From Heterodontus francisci (Eukaryota): DNA of 64,000 nt. The stretch is from assembly GCF_036365525.1 (NCBI RefSeq), contig NC_090393.1:20693195-20757194 (forward strand), given 5' to 3'. Under the pieces are notes generated by a model that was not told the DNA's origin, did no database searches, and worked only from the letters and a program-made list of their open reading frames with translations. A program made the translations under genes and the position numbers. Positions within the stretch are counted from its first letter, which is position 1, and every line of letters starts with the position of its first letter. Positions 38,900 to 53,228 of the stretch are shown piece by piece.

Positions 38900-41421
38900 G
38901 ATGGAAAGATGGAAAGGTAACAGGGTTGTAGTGGTGGGTGATTTTAACTTCCTCTATATTGACTGGGACTGGGACTCATTTAGTGCTAGGGGCTTGGATG
39001 GGGCTGAATTTGTAAGGAGCATCCAGGAGGGCTTCTTGAAACAATATGTAGATAGTCCAACGAGGGATGGGGCTGTACTGGACCTGGTTTTGGGGAATGA
39101 GCCCGGCCAGGTGGTCGAAGTTTCAGTCGGGGAGCATTTCGGGAACAGTGACCATAATTCCATAAGTTTTAAGATACTTGTGGAAAAGGATAAGAGTAGT
39201 CCTCGGGTGAAGTTGCTAAATTGGGGGAAGGCTAATTATAACAATATTAGGCAGGAACTGAAGAATTTAGATTGGGGGCGGCTGTTTGAGGGTAAATCAA
39301 CATCTGACATGTGGGAGTCTTTCAAATGTCAGTTGATTAGAATCCAGGACTGGCATGTTCCTGTGAGGAGGAAGGATAAGCTTGGCAAGTTTCGGGAACC
39401 TTGGATAACGCGGGATATTGTGAGCCTAGTCAAAAAGAAAAAGGAAGCATTCGTAAAGGCTGGAAGGCTAGGAACAGATGAATCCCTTGAGAAATATAAA
39501 GACAGTAGGAAGGAACTTAAGCAAGGAGTCAGGAGGGCTAAAAGGGTCATGAAAAGTCATTGGCAAACAGGATTAAGGATAATCCCAAGGCTTTTTATAT
39601 GTATATAAAGAGCAAGAGGGTTACCAGGGAAAGGGTTGGCCCACTCAAGGACAGAGAAGGGAATCTATGAGTGGAGCCAGAGGAAATGGGCAAGGTACTA
39701 AATGAATACTTTGCATCAGTATTCACCAAAGAGAAGGACTTGGTGGATGATTAGCCTAGGGAAGGGAGTGTAGATAGTCTCAGTCATCTCATTATCAAAA
39801 AGGAGGAGGTGTTGGGTGTCTTGCAAAGCATTAAGGTAGATAAATTCCCAGGGCCTGATGAGATCTACCCCAGAATACTAAGGGAGGCAAGGGAAGAAAT
39901 TGCTGGGGCCTTGACAGAAATCTTTGCATCCTCATTGGCTACAGGTGAGGTCCCAGAGGACTGGAGAATAGCCAATGTTGTTCCTTTGTTTAAGGAAGGT
40001 AGCAAGGATAATCCAGGAAATTATAGGCCAGTGAGCCTTACGTCAATGGTAGGGAAATTATGAGAGAGGATTCTTCGGGACAGGATTTACTCCCATTTGG
40101 AAACAAACCAACTTATTAGCGAGAGGCAGCATGGTTTTGTGAAGGGGAGGTCGTGTCTCACTAATTTGATTGAGTTTTTTGAGGAAGTGACAAAGATGAT
40201 TGATGACGGAAGGGCAGTGGATGTTATCTATATGGACTTTAGTAAAGCCTTTGACAAGGTCCGTCATGGCAGACTGGTACAAAAGGTGAAGTCACATGGG
40301 ATCAGAGGTGAGCTGGCAAGATGGATACAGAACTGGTTCAGTCATCAAAGACAGAGGGTAGCAGTGGATAGGTGCTTTTCTGAATGGAGGGATGTGACTA
40401 GTGGTGTTCCGCCGGGATCAGTGCTGGGACCTTTGCTGTTTGTAGTACATATAAATGATTTGGAGGAAAATGTAGCTGGTCTGATTAGTAAGTTTGCGGA
40501 CGACACAAAGGTTGGTGGAGTTGCAGATTGTGATGAGGATTGTCAGAGGATACAGCAGGATATAGATCGGTTTGAGACTTGGGCGGAGAAGTGGCAGATG
40601 GAGTTTAATCTGGACAAATGTGAGGTAATGCATTTTAGAAGGTCTAATGCAGGTGGGAAGTATACAGTAAATGGCAGAACCCTTAGGAGTATTGACAGGC
40701 AGAGAGATCTGGGCGTACAGGTCCACAGGTCACTGAAAGTGGCAATGCAGGTGGATAAGGTAGTCAAGAAGGCAGATGACATGCTTGCCTTCATCGGTCG
40801 GGGCATAGAGTATAAAAATTGGCAAGTCATGCTGCAGCTGTACAGAACTTTAGTTAGGCCACACTTAGAATATTGCGTGCAATTCTGGTCGCCACACTAC
40901 CAAAAGGATGTGGAGGCTTTGGAGAGGGTACAGAAGAGGTTTACCAGGATGTTGCCTGGTCTGGAGGGCATTAGCTATGAGGAGAGGTTGGATAAACTCG
41001 GATTGTTTTCACTGGAACGACGGAGGTGGAGGGGCGACATGATAGAGGTTTACAAAGTTATGAGCGGCATGGACAGAGTGGATAGTCAGAAGCTTTTTCC
41101 CAGGTTGGAAGAGTCAGTTACTAGGGGACATAGGTTTAAGGTGAGAGGGGCAAAGTTTAGAAGGGAAGAGCGAGGCAAGTTCTTTAGACAGAGGGTGGTG
41201 AGTGCCTGGAACTTGCTGCCGGGGGAGGTGGTGGAAGCAGGTACGATAGCGACGTTTAAGAGGCATCTTGACAAATACATGAATAGGATGGGAATAGAGG
41301 GATACGGTCCCCGGAAGTACAGAAGGTTTTAGTTTAGGCAGGTATCAAGATCGGCACAGGTTTGGAGGGCCGAATGGCCTGTTCCTGTGCTGTACTGTTC
41401 TTTGTTCTTTCTTCTTTCTTC
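38900..41421 (+). mobile_element. 5'-truncated CR1 LINE specific to unit B
   Basis: Endonuclease GDFN/LDLVL/SDH and RT DFSKAFD, GSVLGP, FADD; disrupted by stops and frameshifts; empty site CCACTC|TATCTTTGG at about 12693 in unit A. Confidence 0.92.
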
Positions 41422-42165
41422 TATCTTTGGCCTTCTACGTTGTTCCAATGATGTTCAACATCGGTTTGAGGAACAGCATTTCATTGAGACACGTGGTAGT
41501 TCTCTGGTTTTAACAGCTTGAGGAGACAGCTCCCATTTTCGCACATGGAAGTAGGTGCTGGACATGTGGTATAGATTTGCTGCTGTTTCTGGAGTGGGCG
41601 GGGAGAGGGGGCAAGGTGCAGGTTGGAACCTCCCTCAGAACAGTAATGGTACAGTGGTCTGCGGCCTGAGGAACAGGGCTAAGGCATAGCTGGTCAGAAT
41701 TTCCAACACTGATTAAGTTTATGGAGGTGCCTTCCATGCTGTAAACATTGTACTCCTAATCTGAAGCAACAAAGGAACATGAGAAACATAGAAACTTGGG
41801 TCCAGAACAGCAGTTAAAGTGAGCAAGTGTCAGGATATTAGGATAGATTTGTTCACTGGAGCACTCTTGCAGCTTGAGTACCCAGCATGACATGGAAGTG
41901 ACCCTGACCCTACAATGTGGGATGTGATCCTTGGCTTTGTGTTGAGACAGGGAAAGGGGTTTCGCTCCACCTCTCTTGTCCTGCTGGAGTGAAACTGCTG
42001 GAATTTGAGGCCCGGAGGTTTTCATGAGATAAATTAATTGATTGGTGTGATGCACTGTATTTTCATATGTTGTATTGTTCAAGCCCTGACTACAGGAAGC
42101 AGGTCCTCTGCGTCACATCTCAGCTGATGCTACTCAGCTGATGTTATTTTTGACTGTGGCAGCAA

Positions 42166-42375
42166 GAAAGGAACCTGAAAGTGAGAGAGATGGGAGCCCA
42201 GTAGCTGTTACCTGGAGCCAGGTTCTCTCTCTGCTGCTGACTGCAATGTCATTTCCCGGACACAGAGGGGAGTTTTGGGGAAATGAAAGTTGTTTGTTAT
42301 AATAGAGCCGGAGATGTCAGGCAATCAGAGTACAGCAGGGCTGTGACGTTCAGAAAGTGGGTCTGACAATAAAAG
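42166..42375 (+). promoter_or_regulatory. ISG15-B promoter
   Basis: Copy of 13431-13640; GAAATGAAAGT at 42280-42290; non-coding exon ends 42591, acceptor at 43592. Confidence 0.6.
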
Positions 42376-43604
42376 GAGAGCAGGGAGCCAGAGACACAGC
42401 CAGATCGGATTGTTTCCCGAGAGTGGCAGAGAAATCACGGAGCAGTTGAAGCAGAGAGAGTTTTATTCACTCATTGCAGAGAATCGGTGTGAAGGAAAAC
42501 AGAAAAAACAAACTGCGCAGGAAAAGTGAATCAGACACGATTCTACAGAACAACTTCTGATTCACCTGGGCTTGTGCTTCCAGCAAGGATTGTGAGGTAG
42601 CCTGTCTTTTATTTAGGAATCCCAATATTCTAATTCTAAACTTTAAAATGGGATGTTTTGAAAATTAATGAAATACACAGTTTAAAATAAGTTATTATTA
42701 TTATCTGAACCGGGAGAGGAACATTTTAAAAATGCAACCTGTAAGTTACTGTAGACAATATTAAGCAACGTCTGCTATAATGCATGAAGTATTTATTATC
42801 TAATATTATCAGGATAATTCCTTGTTTTTAAATAGAATGGCTGAGTCTGAGATGAACCATTTCTGTACAGGATAACTCTCTGCTGAGTGGTTTTTACATA
42901 ACTGTACAGATTTCATTCATGGACCACTGTATCAAAGAAAACATTCTACTCAATGCAAGGGTGCTTTTCTTGTCTATTGGACTAGAGGTGTCCTGGCTTC
43001 TGGTTCAGAGAGTTATATGGGTGGTTTCTTTAATATGATCCTGAAACTCTGTGGCCATTTTCCTCCATTTACACACATTCTCTAGATTCTGCTGATGACT
43101 TGCTGAGGTTATGGTGGAAGATGAGGAGAAAACCCACAGAATTTCTGGGCCCATGTTTTTATGTCCCCATTAACCTGAGTCTCAGACTCTGAAATGTTAC
43201 ACTGAAAGCTTCTTCAGGCGGCTGACCAGTATTGCAACTCAGTAACCAGCAGACCCTCGAGTTTCTGAAGATTTTATCAATGTCAGGATAGGGCAGCAAA
43301 GATACAACCAAATGCAAAAGGCAGAACAGATTGGAAATCTGCCACTTTTTCTTGGCTGGAAGTAAAGAGTTTGGGAAGAATATTGGTTCCTTCGGGATTC
43401 AGATGTCAATAGGAAGGAAGACTTGGGGATTAGTGTAGGTGAACCTTACACAAGAATTGATCCCAGCTTCTGTCTGTACAGCTAATGCTTGGGAGAATGT
43501 GTTGTGAGTTTTAAATTCTATCATTTATTCCTTGCAATTGATTTGTGATATAAAGTGTCCACATCACTGACATCCTGTTCATTTCTCAACAGCAAGTGAA
43601 CAAG

Positions 43605-44072
43605 ATGAGACTCCAGGTGAAGTTTATGACCGGTGAGATTATCGAACTTGTGATCGACCCTTCCATCCAAGTGTCGGCTCTCAAGATGTTGATATTTGAA
43701 AAGAGCAAGGTGCCCTATTTCCAACAGCGTCTGATGGTGCAAAACGGGAGCAGTGTGGAGCTGAAGGATGACAAGAGGCTGTCCGACTACAATGTCTCTC
43801 CCAGCGACGCTGTCCTGCTGCTTGTCAAGAATGAGCAGTGCATGCAGATATTCCTGCAGAACGACAAGGGGAAAACATCTACATACGACGTTCTTCCCTC
43901 TGAGTCAGTTCAGGCTTTTAGAGCACGAGTACAACGGCAGGAGGGTGTCCCAGCCAACCAGCAGCGCCTGATGTATGAGGGGAAACAGCTGGAAGATGGT
44001 CGGTTGCTCTCTGACTACAATATTCAGCCTCAGGGCACCATCTTTCTCCTGCTACGTCTACGGGGGGGTTAA
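43605..44072 (+). CDS. ISG15: ISG15-like copy B, 155 aa, protein identical to copy A
   Basis: Only two synonymous differences from 14870-15337 were seen. Confidence 0.9.
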   Translation: MRLQVKFMTGEIIELVIDPSIQVSALKMLIFEKSKVPYFQQRLMVQNGSSVELKDDKRLSDYNVSPSDAVLLLVKNEQCMQIFLQNDKGKTSTYDVLPSESVQAFRARVQRQEGVPANQQRLMYEGKQLEDGRLLSDYNIQPQGTIFLLLRLRGG

Positions 44073-47000
44073 CTTGAACTTATAGCGGTTAATCAGATGA
44101 ACTATAGATATTACAGAAATAAGTTATTTATAGTGCCAATTCATCAACTTTTTTCATAACTCCTGTTCTCTAATGCGCAGTTTGTAAGAGGCCAAGATTG
44201 CACAGTCACTGACATGTCCAATACACTTTTGGTTCTTATTCCTGTCTGCCCTGCTTTAGTTTATAACAGGGGGAAGTTTGGTCACCTGTTACTGTCTGGC
44301 TACAGAATGATGGCGATGGAGGCCTGGGTGCAGCTCACCTTCCTGCATTCTCAGCTAGGAAAGGGTGCTGATATAAGACACTGGATGCAATTTTTACAAG
44401 GAACAGCAGCATAATTAACAGCGCAGAAGATATCGGGAGACTAGTAAAGCAATCTGTTTGATTCTGATCATTGTCCTCTGATACTTCTATTGAAATCAAG
44501 CTTAGACCCATAGGCCAAAAGTATATTCTGTTACCCTTAAGGATTCTGTTGAAGAGCTGGACTAATCTCAATCTAGCGAGTGAGTCTCTGACGAGTCCAC
44601 AGCTCAAAACTGGCCTTTCATTCAGTACTAATTCACATTCTCAGAGGCCATGATAGCTGATGTGGCAATTCCAAAATGTTACACTCGGCAGGAGAGACCA
44701 TGCCAAAAATTCCCCATACAAAGATCAACAAAGATTGTCTGTCTGCTTTACTTTAAAATGATTCCAGGTAGTCTGTAAATAATTGCTTTAACCTTAATGT
44801 GTTCTGGGAGAAATGTATGTGTTCAGCATTGGAATGTTTTAATCTGAGTGCTTTCCATTTTACAATAGCAGATTATATCAGGCCTGCAATTTGTATCTGG
44901 CAAAATATCCAATGTTGTTTGAAAGTAAAGCTGTTCATGTTAATAAAAAACAAAATCAGTTTTTATAATCTGTCTGAATTGTCTGTGGCTCTGCCTGCGT
45001 TACATCCGGGATCTGTATTTAAACCCAATTTAAGATGATTTACCCGAACCAAGTGTTGATTCAAGAATCAGCTGTGAATGAGGCACCTTTCAATGTCCAG
45101 GAATCACACCAACCCCGATCACTGTTCCATATTTTCCACTGTTGAATTATATTATACCGGTTGATTTCCTGTGGCCTTTCACATGACATTTTAGAGAATA
45201 TGGGCAGGATTTTTAGGTCCTTGTGTGGGTGAGAACTGAGGTGGGTGGCTGCTAAAAATAGCCAAAAAATGAATGGTACTGATGCATCCTGGGAAATTAG
45301 GTACACTGCACATGCTCAGACTGCACAATCTAAATGGTTCTCACAGCACCACAGCTTTGGGTAAAAATAGCAAATGCAAGCCCAGGCTTTTGGGAGAACA
45401 ATAAAGGTTTACAACGCAGAAATATTGGCCTATCATGTCTGCATTGACTGTTTGCTGAACTATCAAGTAAAAATGTTAATTAAGGCAGCAAATGATACAA
45501 AAGATAATTCCACTGATTAAATTAGTTATAACAATGAAATATATGTCTTTAGAATTGTCTTTTGCTCTAGCCCCTATTTTGAACAATAGAAATTTTGACA
45601 TGGCATGTTTCTTATTCAAACACCTGCCCAGATGCACCTACTTGGGGCAAGGGCATTACTGAGGCAGAGAGGATGTCACTCAGTGACTCACAGAGCACTA
45701 GTGAGCAGGTGGCAGTCCAAGAGGTCAATGCAGCCTCAAGACATCAGCAAGAGGCTCACAGAGCAGTTTTGTTTCTGGAGTGGCGCCAATGACTGCTTAC
45801 ATAGATGGCCAGAAGAGGCAGTAATCACAGGGCTTTGCTGGAACTATTCAACCTGCTCTCACACAGACTATTAGTTCAAATGAGCCCATGTTCAGAATTG
45901 GTGAATTGTAAGGAGTGGTCAGAGAAGTCACTGCTTTTTATGGCAATGACGTGAGTCTCAGATCAAGGAAGTGTTTTTCCAGGGAGGCCTCCTGCTACTT
46001 CAAAATGGGTGAGGCATAAAGTGGAACAGTAGAAAAGGGTGAGGGGAGAGCAGAATGGAGTGGAGCACAAGCAAAGAGTGGTGCAGTAGAAAAGGGAGAT
46101 CGTTGAGTCTGTGAGCAGCATGGTAAAGAAAATTCACAATGTGACATCACAGCACAAGGAGGGAAGGCAAAGTAAGTTACAGGTAAATATCAATTTAATC
46201 TATAACTTAGACTATATTGTTATGACTGAGGCAGGAGGAGTGCACTGTTTATTCTCGTTCCACTTCTCCACGATCACAACATATTTATAAACTTTTTCCC
46301 GCTTACCGATACAGTCAATCATAGACTCTATTTGTATCCCAGAATAAACACACCAACCAGGTTTCTTTAATAAACGACAAAATTAACAGTTTATTATAAA
46401 AGAAGTTTTATCCAGTAATGAAGTGAAGCATAAACACACAGATTGAAATATTCAAGTTCCCTTTTTATCTTCGCTCCCCATACACATACACCGGTTAACG
46501 GGAAAAATGAAGGGATTTTTGTTTTAGGGCTCTATTAGACAAAAAAACACTTGGGTTGAATACTTGCTCATTCTTGAAGAAACAGCAGATGAGATATGTT
46601 GTGTTCCAAAACTGGCATACAGTCTGCCTTCAAAGTACACGTAGATGGGTCACTGGGATTTTTTAGAACAGTTTTTTTAAGGCAGTGTTGATAACTAATT
46701 TATCAGGCTTTTCTTCAAAGACAGGAGACAAGATGAGTTGACACAGTGGAGTGCTCAGAGTCTTTTAGAGAGGTGCTGGAAAACTGAGCTTGTTTATGGT
46801 CTTCTCTTGTTTGTTGGGAATTCTATTCTCTCCTTGGAGGTTCTCTCCCTTTTTATACAGTTCAAACCCAACTCAAAGTAATTCAAAAGCAAAACGAACA
46901 ACAGGAGGTCAACTTTACACCCCCATCAATCTTGACGATTCACTTCTTTGTAAACAACTTCTCCAGGTGTCCAAAGTTCTCTGTTGTTTTTTGAGCTGGA

Positions 47001-47668
47001 AGTCAGGTGGTTTCCTGGAAAGGTTTATTGTTTGTGCAAGTCAGGTGGTTTCCCAGAAAGGCTTGTTTGCTTCACAAGACCTCTCAGTGCCCCTTTTAAA
47101 AAATATTTCCAGGGACTGTTTTTCAACGTCGACTGCCTTTACGTGACTCCCTTTGAAAACCTCAAAGTTTAACATTCCTTCAATCTTTCAAAAATGAATC
47201 CTCAAAAAATACACTTAACAAAACACAGAGGGACTTTTGCAACAATATCAAGTAATTATCTTAAAGACAAAAAAAATGCTAAGTTGATTCAATCCATAAG
47301 CTTTAAATAATTAAATAAATAAGACAATGTTGTGTAGAAATGACAGAGCGGGTGTTGTGCTGCAACTGTGGGAGTTTGTGGACAGCATTGTAATAGCAGA
47401 CATCCACATCTGCAGTAAGTGTCTGCATCCTGACCGCGGCACCATGGTCCAAGAAGCCATTTAAGGGGGGGTGGGTGTGGAGGTGAGGAATGTGGCAGCT
47501 GTAGAGGACAGTATAGTCAGGGGGATTGATGCTGTTCAACAGGGAGTTCCCAAGGTTGCATTACCTGCCCAGTGCCCCAGCTAGTTCCTGACACACTGAT
47601 CTCGAAAGTTTTTCGGAATGCATTCGAGAAACACATTCTCCACATTATTACTACAACTTTGTTTGTAG

Positions 47669-48497
47669 TAGATCGGTTGGAGACTTGGGTGGACAAATGT
47701 GAGGTAATGCATTTTGGAAGGTCTAATGCAGGTGGGAGGTATACAGTAAATGGCAGAACCCTTAGGAGTATTGACAGGCAGAGAGATCTGGGCGTACAGA
47801 TCCACAGGTCACTGAAAGTGGCAATGCAGGTGGATAAGGTAGTCAAGAAGGCATACGGCATGCTTGCCTTCATCGGTCGGGGCATAGAGTATAAAAATTG
47901 GCAAGTCATGTTGCAGCTGTACAGAACTTTAGTTAGGCCACACTTAGAATATTGCGTGCAATTCTGGTCGCCACACTAACAGAAGGACGTGGAGGCTTTG
48001 GAGAGGGTACAGAAGAGGTTTACCAGGATGTTGCCTGGTCTGGAGGGCATTAGCTATGAGGAGAGGTTGGATAAACTCGGATTTTTTTCACTGGAATGAC
48101 GGAGGTGGAGGGGCAACATGATAGAGGTTTACAAAGTTATGAGCGGCATGGACAGAGTGGATAGTCAGAAGCTTTTTCCCAGGGTGGAAGAGTCAGTTAC
48201 TAGGGGACATAGGTTTAAGGTGCCAGGGGCAAAGTTTAGAGGGGATGTGCGAGGCAAGTTTTTTACACAGAGGGTGGTGAGTGCCTGGAACATGCTGCCA
48301 GGGGAGGTGGTGGAAGCAGATACGATAGCGACGTTTAAGAAACATCTTGACAAATACATGAATAGGAAGGGAATAGAGGGATATGGGCCCCGGAAGTGCA
48401 GAAGGTGTTAGTTTAGGCAGGCATCAAGATCGGCGCACGCTTGGAGGGCCAAATGGCCTGTTCCTGTGCTGTACTGCACTTTGTTCTTTGTTCTTTG
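47669..48497 (+). mobile_element. CR1 3' fragment at the right boundary of unit B
   Basis: Near-identical to 40563-41410; (TTTGTTC)n tail. Confidence 0.88.
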
Positions 48498-49639
48498 CAC
48501 CTACCCCACATAGACTGCAGTGGTTCAAGAAGGCAGCTCACCACCATCTTGTCAAACGCAATTATAGATGGACAATAAATGCTAGCCTGGCCAGCAGCGC
48601 CCACATCACTGGAACGAATAAAAAAACCTTCTCTCTCTGTATGTCCTGCCATCTTCAAAGATCTATGCACATGAACCCCAGATCCCTCTGTTGCTGCACA
48701 CTCTTTAGAACTGTACCATTAAGAATTATGATTGGTCAGAGTCAACATGGATGTATGAAAGGGGAATTGTGTTGAATAAATCTGTTTCAGTTTTTGAAGC
48801 TGTAACTAGCAGGATGGTTAAGGGGGAACCAATTGATGTAGTGTTGGATAAGGTGCCAAACAATAGTTCATTACAAAAGATTAGGGCTATTGGATTGGGG
48901 CTAATATATTAGCTTGGATTGAGGATTAGTTAATGACAGAAAACAGAGAGTGAGAATAAACAGGTCATTTTCGGGTTGGCAAGATGCAACTAGTGGGGTA
49001 TTGCAAGGATCAGTGCTTGGGCCTGCTTGATGGCCACGGGGTGTCTGGGACCACGTCATCCCTCTTCTGGGCATCTTCATCCTGAAATGCAAATTGTTCT
49101 CCAGCACCTTTCTCATCTTCACCTATTCAATCTCTGCCTGTGTGCCATTGTGCAGATTTAGCACTGACACGTTTACAGAAATGCTGATTTTCAGGGATGG
49201 TAACTGGGTGGAAACACAGGAAAATCTGGGTAGCCAGTCCTTTGCTTCATTTAATTGCAACAGTATTCACTTTCAGAAGGTGGATCAAGGTCACAGCAAC
49301 ATCATGGGAGGGGAAATACAGCAGCCATTTTTAGTGGTGTACCTTTGGTGGAGGGCCTCTCTCCTCATTTACTTGCTAGAGGAATGAGGTATATCTGTGC
49401 CAAAATGTCAAACTTAATTTTTAAGAGCAGAGTCTGATTTTACTGCCTGGTTGGGTTAGGTCTGGATTTGCAATTAATCTCAGTAATCATCCCCACAATC
49501 AGTTCAGAATAGTAGCAGTATTTCATTTGACTAGATTTTTAAAATACTGGTGAACTTACAAATCAAATAAGAACATACGAAATAGGAGCTGGAGTAGTTC
49601 CTTTGGTCCTTCGAGCCTGCTGCGCCATTCAACAAGATC

Positions 49640-50330
49640 ATAGAATCATAGAAGGGTTACAGCACAGAAGGAGACCATTCAGCCCATCATGTTCATGCCG
49701 GCTCTCTGCAACAGCAACTCACCTAGTCCCACTCCCCCGCCTTTTCCATGCAGCCCTGCAAATTTTTCTCCTTTCAGATAATTATCCAATTCTCTTTTGA
49801 AGGCCTCAATTGACTCTGCCTCCACTACACACTCAAGCAATGCATTCTAGATCTGAACCACTCTCTGCGTAAAAGAGTTTTTCCTCATGTTGCCTTTGGT
49901 TCTTTTGCCAATCACCTTAAATTAGTGTCCTCTGGATTTGCATCCCTCCAGCAATGGGTACAGTTTCTCCACATCTACTCTGACCAGACCCCTGATGATT
50001 TTGAACACCTCTATCAAATCTCCTCTTAATCTTCTCTACTCCAAGGAGAACAGCCCAGCTTCTCCAACCTATCCACGTAACTGAAGTTCCTCATCCCTGG
50101 AACTGTTTTTATGAATCTTTTCTGCACCCTGTCTAATGCCTTCATATCCTTCCTAAAAAGTGATGCCCAGAACTAGACACAATCTTCCAGTTGAGGCCAA
50201 ACCAGTGTTTTATACAGATTTATCATAACTTCCTTGCTTTTGTACTCTATGCCCCTATTTATAAAGCTCAGGATCCCATATGCTTTTATTCAGTACTTTC
50301 TCAACCTGCACTGCCACCTTCAATGATTTG
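49640..50330 (-). mobile_element. Older CR1 3' fragment
   Basis: ATCATAGA tail repeats; reverse frame KSLKVAVQVEKV. Confidence 0.65.
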
Positions 50331-50844
50331 TTAGTGTCACTTTTCAGTCTGGATTGGAGTTCTAGCTGCCTGGAGCACATACTATCAAGCTCTACTGCAC
50401 ATGGGTGCAGTGCATACAGGCACAGCACGCCAACAGACATCCACATCCAGCAACCTGTACAAGCTGTGCAATCCGTACACCTGTATAGCTCATTTGCATA
50501 AGCAACACTCGTCAGCACTGCTGTGTTAGGAGTGAGAAAAATCAGCTCGGTTTCCCACTCTGTTATTCATTGGCACCTAATGGAAAGTGTGATTGTGTAT
50601 GTGAACAGGATCAGACCTAGCTGTGAAGCAACTCACCCCCTCTCCTGCCCCACAATAGACAACAGCCTGCAGTCTCACGCATGAGGAAACTGAAAGATGC
50701 CAGTGTGGTACTGCCCTTGGAACTCGAAGAGTCACACCTTCTGGGCAGGAGAGGAAGAATTGGGAAGAAAGAACTGTGCTGGAGATTGCAGCCCTGGACT
50801 GCATTCAGTATTTCCAATTATCATTGTTCTTCGGTGTCACTGGA

Positions 50845-52385
50845 CTTTTTTCCCCAAAAATATACTTTACTCATAAAAATCTGTAAAAAAAAATACATTA
50901 CAAAACAGCACCAAGTTGACATTCCAAAAAGTGCAAAGGAAATCAGTTTTCTTCAATGCAGGAGTAAGTTGCCTCACAACCCTTCCATTCCATTTTGTAC
51001 ACCATTTCCTTATCCTGTAGGGTCTTGAGGACATTCCGTGCAGACCACTGCCTGATGGATTGGTGGTCAAAGGTGTTTTTCCGCAGAAACTTTTCCACGA
51101 AGGATAGGTGGTACAGCATGAGCATTCCGCAGCAATGTGACCAGCCCATCCTTCGCAACAACGGGGACAGATAGAACCTCAGCATGTAGTGACACTTGGT
51201 GTTTGCATAGGAGGGCTCTATGCGCAGCTTAATGCATCCACACACGAAGGTGGTCATCGGGATGAGGGCGACATTGGGTACATTTTTTCTGCCCTTATCC
51301 AGAAGTTTGAACATTGTGTCCCTCCGGACCCGATCCATTTTGCATCTCCAGATGAAGCGGAAAAGGGCTCGGGTGACTGCCACGGGGCAGGAGTGGGGTA
51401 TGGGCCAGACCTGCGCCACGTACAGCAACAATGTGAGCGCCTGGCACCTGATGATCAGGTTCTTACCCACAATGGAGAGAAAACGCTGCTCCCGCATGCT
51501 CAGCTTATGTTGTACCCTGACTACTCGCTCCTTCCAGGTTTTGGTGCACGCCCCGGCCCTTCTGAACCATATCCCCAGCACCTTCAGGTAATCTGACCTG
51601 ACGGTGAAGGGGACAAAGGATCGGTCAGCCCAGTTCCCAAAGAACATGGCCTCGCTCTTGCCATGGTTAACTTTGGCTCCCAAGGCCAGTTCGAACTGGT
51701 CACAGATGCTCATCAGTCTGCGAACAGACAGCGGATCCGAGCAGAAGACGGCGCGTCATCCATGTACAGGGAGGTTTTTACCTGAGTGTCTCTGCTGCCT
51801 GGGATTGTCACCCCTCTTATGTCCACATCCTTCCTAATAGACTCAGCAAAAGGTTCGATACAGCAAACATACAAGACAGGGGAGAGAGGACAGCCCTGTC
51901 TGACTCCAGATTGGATCGGGAAACTTTCTGATTCCCACCCATTGATTGAGACTGCGCTACTGATGTTTGTGTAGAGCAGTTTGATCCAATTGCGAATTCC
52001 CTCCCCAAACCCCATTTTGCAAAGCACGTCCATCATGTAGGTGTGCGATATCCTGTCAAAAGCCTTCTCCTGGTCCAGGCTGATGAGGTAGGTGTCCACC
52101 CTCCTGTCCCGTACATCGATGATCATATCCCTGAGTAGCATGAGACTATCAGAGATCTTCCTGCTGGGTACTGTACAGGTCTGGTCAGGGTGAATCACCA
52201 ACTCCAGAGCAGACTTGACCCGACTTTGGACAGAACCTATAGTCAACATTAAGCAGTGAGATGGGCCGCCAATTTCTGATTTCCGCCCTCTCCCCCCTTC
52301 TGCTTGTAGATGAGGGTGATGATGCCTTTCCTCATGGATTCTGACATGCTGCCAGCCAGAAGCATACTCACTCTCGTATACTTCA
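50845..52385 (-). mobile_element. Tx1/L1-type LINE RT fragment
   Basis: LDQEKAFDRI, GVRQGCPLSP, YMDD; 3' end similar to the 26050 element. Confidence 0.85.
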
Positions 52386-53228
52386 GTGTCACTGGACAGC
52401 ATTTTCAAACCTGTAGCAATCTTAACAGGCCAAGCCAGTACCCTACCAGTAAAGTGTGTGTACATATGCAACAAAAGGCCACTTCATAGTGAACATCTCT
52501 GACGAGTGTTACTAATACAAATGAGCAATACAAATACACAGACCACACAGCCCATACTAATTGCCAGATGCAAAAACCTGCCAGCACATGGCACTCACAC
52601 ACACCACACCCATGCACCACACAGCCCAATGATGGCTGATCTTTTAATGTATCTCAACTCCACCTTCCCACACTATCCCCATATCCCACATAAGCCAAGT
52701 CAAAATACTCAACTCAGGCACGTGGACCTTGACCACCCAGGAAACTTTGCATTGTCAGGGCACAGTACATTGTGTGGCCACTTCCAGTTTTCATACCCTC
52801 TCCTCAATTTGAATGAAAACTAAAATAAAATGAAATAGTTTACATCACTGTTGGCAATGTGGAGATGCCATTGTGCCACCAGCCACATCACTGTAACCAT
52901 TTCCATGTTTACATAGTTATGTTGCCACAGGAATTATAAAATGAGAGTGCCATACATCATAGGGTGTGAGCCAGAACGGCTGGCTGACTTGGGACGTTTC
53001 ATGGTAAATGCATGCTGACTTTCATGCCAGTAAGTTTAATGTTTGCACTGTATGTGGTATCATGGTTAAGTGAATGTAGTGCACTGCGTCTAGTACTGCT
53101 CTTTTAAAAAATTTAAAAGAAAATATTGGTTGAAGATGAAATTTACAGCAGTAATAACTATTCAAAGCGACAGAATCAAATCCTCCTGAGTCATTGCTCA
53201 GCAGTTGAAGCTGCAGGTTGCGGTACCA

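Larger units (their letters stand above)
29230..47665. repeat. Segmental duplication unit B
   Basis: Direct repeat of unit A with a 3 kb deletion and CR1 insertions. Confidence 0.92.

Noticed and set aside
40097-41332. 411-aa RT ORF as a host gene or RT-linked defence system
   Set aside because: Ordinary truncated CR1 ORF2 with upstream stops and frameshifts, and an empty site in unit A
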